A DNA stretch of 63,991 bases, counting the filler, from Candidatus Babelota bacterium (GTDB lineage: Bacteria; JAGOBX01): NCBI GenBank assembly GCA_017999075.1. It is 6 parts of 6 records of this genome, joined end to end, with 100 filler letters (N's around TTAATTAATTAA, not from the genome) between each part and the next. Parts side by side here need not be neighbours in the genome. Positions count along the whole stretch, not along the records: positions 55,017 to 63,991 come from JAGOBX010000118.1; 5 more parts are not named here. One strand, written 5' to 3'. The notes under the pieces were generated by a model. That model did not search any database, was not told the DNA's origin, and saw only the letters and a list, made by a program, of their open reading frames with translations. The translations under genes and the position numbers were made by a program. Position 1 is the stretch's first letter. The number at the start of each line of letters is the position of its first letter. Shown piece after piece: positions 60,181 through 63,991 of the stretch.

Positions 60181-61290
60181 TCATTTTTTAACATTAAACC
60201 GCTCATCAAATTTTTCAAAAAATAAATCTTTTTCAATTATTTTTTTGGCTTCATCTCGACAATCCTGGCAATAATAATCGTATATTTCATTACTGTAATA
60301 TAATCTTACAGATATTGATTTACCTTGAATATCCTCAATAATTTCATCATAAATAACTTCATAAAATTTAAAAAATTCTTCCAATTCAGCATCTTCAATA
60401 TCTTCATTTTTCACTTCCATTTTTAGGATATTATTTTCAATATTCTTGACAATCGCGCCGTTTTTTTCTTGCGTTTTTTTGTCAAACTCAATATTAGCAT
60501 CTTGCGTTTTTATGTCAATATTTCCTCCATTAATTTCCTGCGTTTTTTTGTCAACATTTTTTTCGTCGACTATTTGACCAGTTTCCTCAAATTGAACAAT
60601 TTCGTCTGCTCTATTTATTTCATTCGTTTCCAAAGGCTCACTATAATTTTTATCGGCGATTTCACCACTGCTACAAATATCATTTGCATCAATCTCTACC
60701 ATTTTGATTTCTGTGTTTTCGTCAACATTTTCGGCATTAACTTGCTGCTCTGTTTCTTCAATTTCTGCAACCGTATTAGCCATATTTATTTCAAATTTTC
60801 CATCATTTTCATTTTTATTTTCATCCTCATTTTTCGCCATTTCATCAGCATCCTTATCAATATTTTCCGCCGTTTCAACCAATAATTCACTATCATTTTT
60901 TTTGGTTTTTCTGGAATCCCAATCATCATAATCTTCCCCTTTGTCTGCCACTTTATCCAGTTCTTTTAAGGCTTCAATCTGCTCTTCACTAAATCCCTTT
61001 TTCCGCAAATCATCCCAGTCTTCTTCACTAATTTTACTTTTATAATTTTCATTCGTTTCTTCAAAATATTCTTCAACAAATCCTTGTTTTTCTTCTTCAA
61101 AAATCTCATTATTTTTCAATATGTTTGGTTGTTCTATATCACTTGCCTGACACTCTTCCAATTGTTCATCATTGTCAGCTTTTTCAATTTCTTCGACGGC
61201 ACTTGTTTTATTTTTTTCTTTTTCTATTAGCCCGTCATTCTCATACTTCAATATCAATTCCATATAATCATCGCCCATATAATCATCCAT
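60181..61290 (-). CDS. Highly acidic low-complexity protein
   Basis: 369-aa D/E-rich ORF with SD GGAGG, internal repeats (D.KTQE/D), C-terminal CQDC. Confidence 0.7.
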   Translation of the reverse strand: MDDYMGDDYMELILKYENDGLIEKEKNKTSAVEEIEKADNDEQLEECQASDIEQPNILKNNEIFEEEKQGFVEEYFEETNENYKSKISEEDWDDLRKKGFSEEQIEALKELDKVADKGEDYDDWDSRKTKKNDSELLVETAENIDKDADEMAKNEDENKNENDGKFEINMANTVAEIEETEQQVNAENVDENTEIKMVEIDANDICSSGEIADKNYSEPLETNEINRADEIVQFEETGQIVDEKNVDKKTQEINGGNIDIKTQDANIEFDKKTQEKNGAIVKNIENNILKMEVKNEDIEDAELEEFFKFYEVIYDEIIEDIQGKSISVRLYYSNEIYDYYCQDCRDEAKKIIEKDLFFEKFDERFNVKK

Positions 61291-61320
61291 AAAAAAGCCT
61301 CCTTAAAAAATATAAAATAT

Positions 61321-61522
61321 AAAATCACGCCTTTCACGCCCTTCACACCCTGTTTTGAAACTTTTTATTTATATATATATTTTTTTTTTTATAAAAAAAA
61401 GTGTTTGCCATAAAAGGTGTGAAGGGTGTGATTTTAGTGCTTAAGTTATTTAAAATCAAAGAGTTATCAATCACACCTTTGCTGTTATAAAGGTGTGATT
61501 GGGTGTGAAAGGGTGTGATTTT
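61321..61522. repeat. Iteron-like array, putative replication origin of the element
   Basis: Nine TCACRCC/GGTGTGA copies (61325, 61334, 61343, 61416, 61425, 61471, 61492, 61502, 61512) in direct and inverted orientation around an AT-rich core. Confidence 0.8.
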
Positions 61523-63687
61523 CATCTAAGTTCAACTCCCATATATCCGCGTTTTATGTCATTGCCCTCATCTTTGCGCTGGGAATCGCCATCTATCCCG
61601 TATTCGCGTTTTAGTATATTTGAAAACCTTAACTTAAACGATTCAGCTTTCAAGATATGTTTTTCGCCTCGCTCAACACACCACTCATTAAATCTATTGT
61701 ATGCCGTATCTTTAAATAGAAAAGATTCAGCATTTTTTATTACACATTCACTAAAAAAAACCTGCACAATATCGTTAAATTCTACAATTTCTTTTTTCAA
61801 ATCTTCAACCAAATCTGAGCGGGTAAATTGCCAATTATTGTTTTTAAGGCGGTGCAAACCTTTCAATGCCCAATTTAATATTCCGGGTAATTCTTCCAAC
61901 AGTTTAGTATGAAGCGTGATATCTTTTAAACGATCATTTGCGCTTTCGATTTTATCAACAAAACGTAGAGAAAACGGAATAGCAATAACGCGTCTTTGAA
62001 ACGCAAAACTTTTATCATCGGTCCTTGGCAACTGATTCATCGAAAATGCAAATTTGGCATAAGGTTTCAATGAAAATCCCGGTTTATATTTTGGGTTTAC
62101 TTGGATCGTTTCACCGTCTACGAGGCGTTTAAAAATCTCAATTTCTTTAGTGTCATTTGCATTCAATTCCGAACATATATTTAGCAGTTTGTTTTTTAAT
62201 TCGCAAGCTTCAACAGGATTGTTAATTTGCCGCATACTGAGAGCAGAAATATTTTTTTCGCCTATTAATTTTTCCAATATTTTCAGGATTGTGCTTTTGC
62301 CTGATGCTCCATCGCCGACAAGAAAAAGTGCGAGTGTAAGTACATAAGTAGTAAGGCACAACCCAAAAAATTCTTGAATAATATTTATGATTTCCTGGTC
62401 ATCCTTAAAAATAATATTTAGGGTTTCAACCCATTTCGGACATTGGGCGGCAGGATTAAAATTTATTGGTATCTTAAATGATATATATAAATTTTTATGG
62501 TAATCTATAATCTTTCCTGTTTCAATATTTAAAACTACATTTTTCAAAGGTAAAAATTCAATTTTAGAATTCATACTAAACTCGTTGTTTTTTATAATTT
62601 TATTGTCAGATAAAATATGGCATTTTACTTCGTTATAAATATTTATTTTTGCACGAGATTTTAAAATACTTTTTGTTATTGCGTTTATATGTTCTGGAGT
62701 AATTTCAACCCAAAGTTCATCCGCATTGTCATACCGCCAGATTTCTTTTTTGGCGGGGATATAGACATAATAAAAATTGCGCATAATTAATTGCGCCACA
62801 TAATATGGATTTACAATATATTTAATTTTTCCTTTTGCGACACTTTCTACAACAATCATGCTGTGACAAATAAAATAGGATAATAAATCATGATCGGAAT
62901 CCAAATCCTTAAAAAAAACCGGTAATTCCATTGCTGTTTCAATTAATTTATTAAAAACTTTTTCCGGTTTTTTTTGTTTGGACAGAAATTCATCAATATC
63001 TTTTATTTGTTCATCCCAATTTAAAACCCTAATTTCGGCTTCGGAATCTAAATCTAACATTTTGCCAATATATTTTTTGCCTGCATCGTCCTTGTCAAAA
63101 GCGATATAAATAATTTTTAGAGTTTGATTGTCCGATAAATATTTCATTTGCGCATCGGACAACTGTCCTGATGTTGCAATAACCCCGCCGGTCCATTTCC
63201 CTTTATCTATTATGGAAAGCACATCATTTTGCCCTTCTACAAGTATAATTCTATCATTATTATCAAGAGAATCTTGATTGTAAAAAAGGCAGTTTGAATC
63301 GGCGGCGCTTGCAATTAATTTATAACATTTTTTATTGATTAAATCTTTTGCCGTAATATTTGCAATTTTGCCCTTTAGAAAATGAGGGTAGATATAAATA
63401 TTATTGAACCGCGGACAAATTTTTCCGGTTTTGCTTATATAGGCAATTCCGGCATCGATTAATTCCTTTTCATTATAATTTTTAGTTTTTTGTAAATGAT
63501 TGTAATAATGCCAGCCACTATCTATATAACCGATAGTTAACATTTTAATTATTTCAATACTGTGTAACCTAAAATTTGTTTGAAATTGCAGCGCGGTAAC
63601 ATCAGAATTCTGAATAATTGTTTTACTGCTTAATAAATTATTATGTGCGTATTTACAAAAATCTAATAATATTTTACTGTTGTCCAT
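61522..63687 (-). CDS. Toprim primase - D5/P4-family SF3 helicase fusion
   Basis: Toprim LVEGQNDVLS and AFDKDDAG; D5_N LKN.VLN..TG, FNP.A.CPKW; Walker A GDGASGKST; MNQLP...D...AFQRR; winged-helix-like tail. Confidence 0.9.
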   Translation of the reverse strand: MDNSKILLDFCKYAHNNLLSSKTIIQNSDVTALQFQTNFRLHSIEIIKMLTIGYIDSGWHYYNHLQKTKNYNEKELIDAGIAYISKTGKICPRFNNIYIYPHFLKGKIANITAKDLINKKCYKLIASAADSNCLFYNQDSLDNNDRIILVEGQNDVLSIIDKGKWTGGVIATSGQLSDAQMKYLSDNQTLKIIYIAFDKDDAGKKYIGKMLDLDSEAEIRVLNWDEQIKDIDEFLSKQKKPEKVFNKLIETAMELPVFFKDLDSDHDLLSYFICHSMIVVESVAKGKIKYIVNPYYVAQLIMRNFYYVYIPAKKEIWRYDNADELWVEITPEHINAITKSILKSRAKINIYNEVKCHILSDNKIIKNNEFSMNSKIEFLPLKNVVLNIETGKIIDYHKNLYISFKIPINFNPAAQCPKWVETLNIIFKDDQEIINIIQEFFGLCLTTYVLTLALFLVGDGASGKSTILKILEKLIGEKNISALSMRQINNPVEACELKNKLLNICSELNANDTKEIEIFKRLVDGETIQVNPKYKPGFSLKPYAKFAFSMNQLPRTDDKSFAFQRRVIAIPFSLRFVDKIESANDRLKDITLHTKLLEELPGILNWALKGLHRLKNNNWQFTRSDLVEDLKKEIVEFNDIVQVFFSECVIKNAESFLFKDTAYNRFNEWCVERGEKHILKAESFKLRFSNILKREYGIDGDSQRKDEGNDIKRGYMGVELR

Positions 63688-63968
63688 TATGATAATCCTC
63701 CTCCATTAGAAAAAAAGTTTATCGCATCTTTAAAAGTGATTCTATTTTTTTTCATTTCAAAATTTATGATGTCACCGTGTTGGGCGCAAGAAAAACAGTG
63801 GTAGTTTTGTTGAATTTTAAATATTGTAAAGCAATCATTGTGGCCGCAAAATGGACACGGATTAATTCGGTATGTCGAACCGCCGATGCTTTTTATACTA
63901 TCAAAATGCTTGTTGAAAAAATCTACTATATCGATTCGATTTTTTAATTGCGTAACATTATTCTGCAT
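63687..63968 (-). CDS. Stand-alone DnaG-type zinc-binding (CHC2-like) domain
   Basis: LKNRIDIVD...CPFCGH..CF......YHCFSCAQHGDII.F......F.DA; SD AGGAGA; TAATG coupling to the primase-helicase. Confidence 0.85.
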   Translation of the reverse strand: MQNNVTQLKNRIDIVDFFNKHFDSIKSIGGSTYRINPCPFCGHNDCFTIFKIQQNYHCFSCAQHGDIINFEMKKNRITFKDAINFFSNGGGLS

Positions 63969-63991
63969 TTGTTTTCTCCTTTTTATTTTTT

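Larger units (their letters stand above)
55761..63991 (-). mobile_element. Integrated satellite/IME-like element at the tRNA-fMet 3' end (distal end outside window)
   Basis: Integrase ends 17 nt from the tRNA CCA; second recombinase, P-loop protein, iteron array and P4-type primase-helicase all on the minus strand. Confidence 0.85.

Noticed and set aside
61321-61525. CRISPR-like or coding (60-aa ITPF-repeat ORF) reading of the repeat array
   Set aside because: Repeats are 7-12 nt in mixed orientation without unique spacers; the peptide repeats merely reflect the iterons

Overview
AT-rich bacterial draft sequence made of six unrelated contigs (1-10980, 11081-22022, 22123-33033, 33134-44037, 44138-54916, 55017-63991). 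They are joined by artificial 100-nt linkers (N44-TTAATTAATTAA-N44), so synteny is valid only within a contig. The organism looks diderm and flagellated (two secretins, a porin, FliS, a perfect sigma28 promoter) and makes c-di-AMP (cdaA-cdaR); I cannot assign taxonomy. Most genes are housekeeping or glycan biosynthesis genes. Highlights: (1) a 2109-aa secretin with TPR, AMIN and Ig-like domains, about nine N-domain repeats and three C-terminal ComEA-like helix-hairpin-helix modules, a candidate fused DNA pore plus DNA receptor; (2) a chromosomal single-chain archaeo-eukaryotic primase-like protein with a PriL-type 4-Cys C-terminus, right after cdaA-cdaR; (3) a consensus sigma28 promoter driving an unidentified pseudoknotted RNA upstream of ttcA; (4) a satellite/IME-like element at tRNA-fMet with two paralogous tyrosine recombinases carrying atypical catalytic motifs, a split primase-helicase and a 9-iteron origin; (5) a DnaE-derived PHP-TPR protein, a probably inactive DHH protein and two apparent frameshifts. 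All calls come from reading motifs by eye; no database searches were run.
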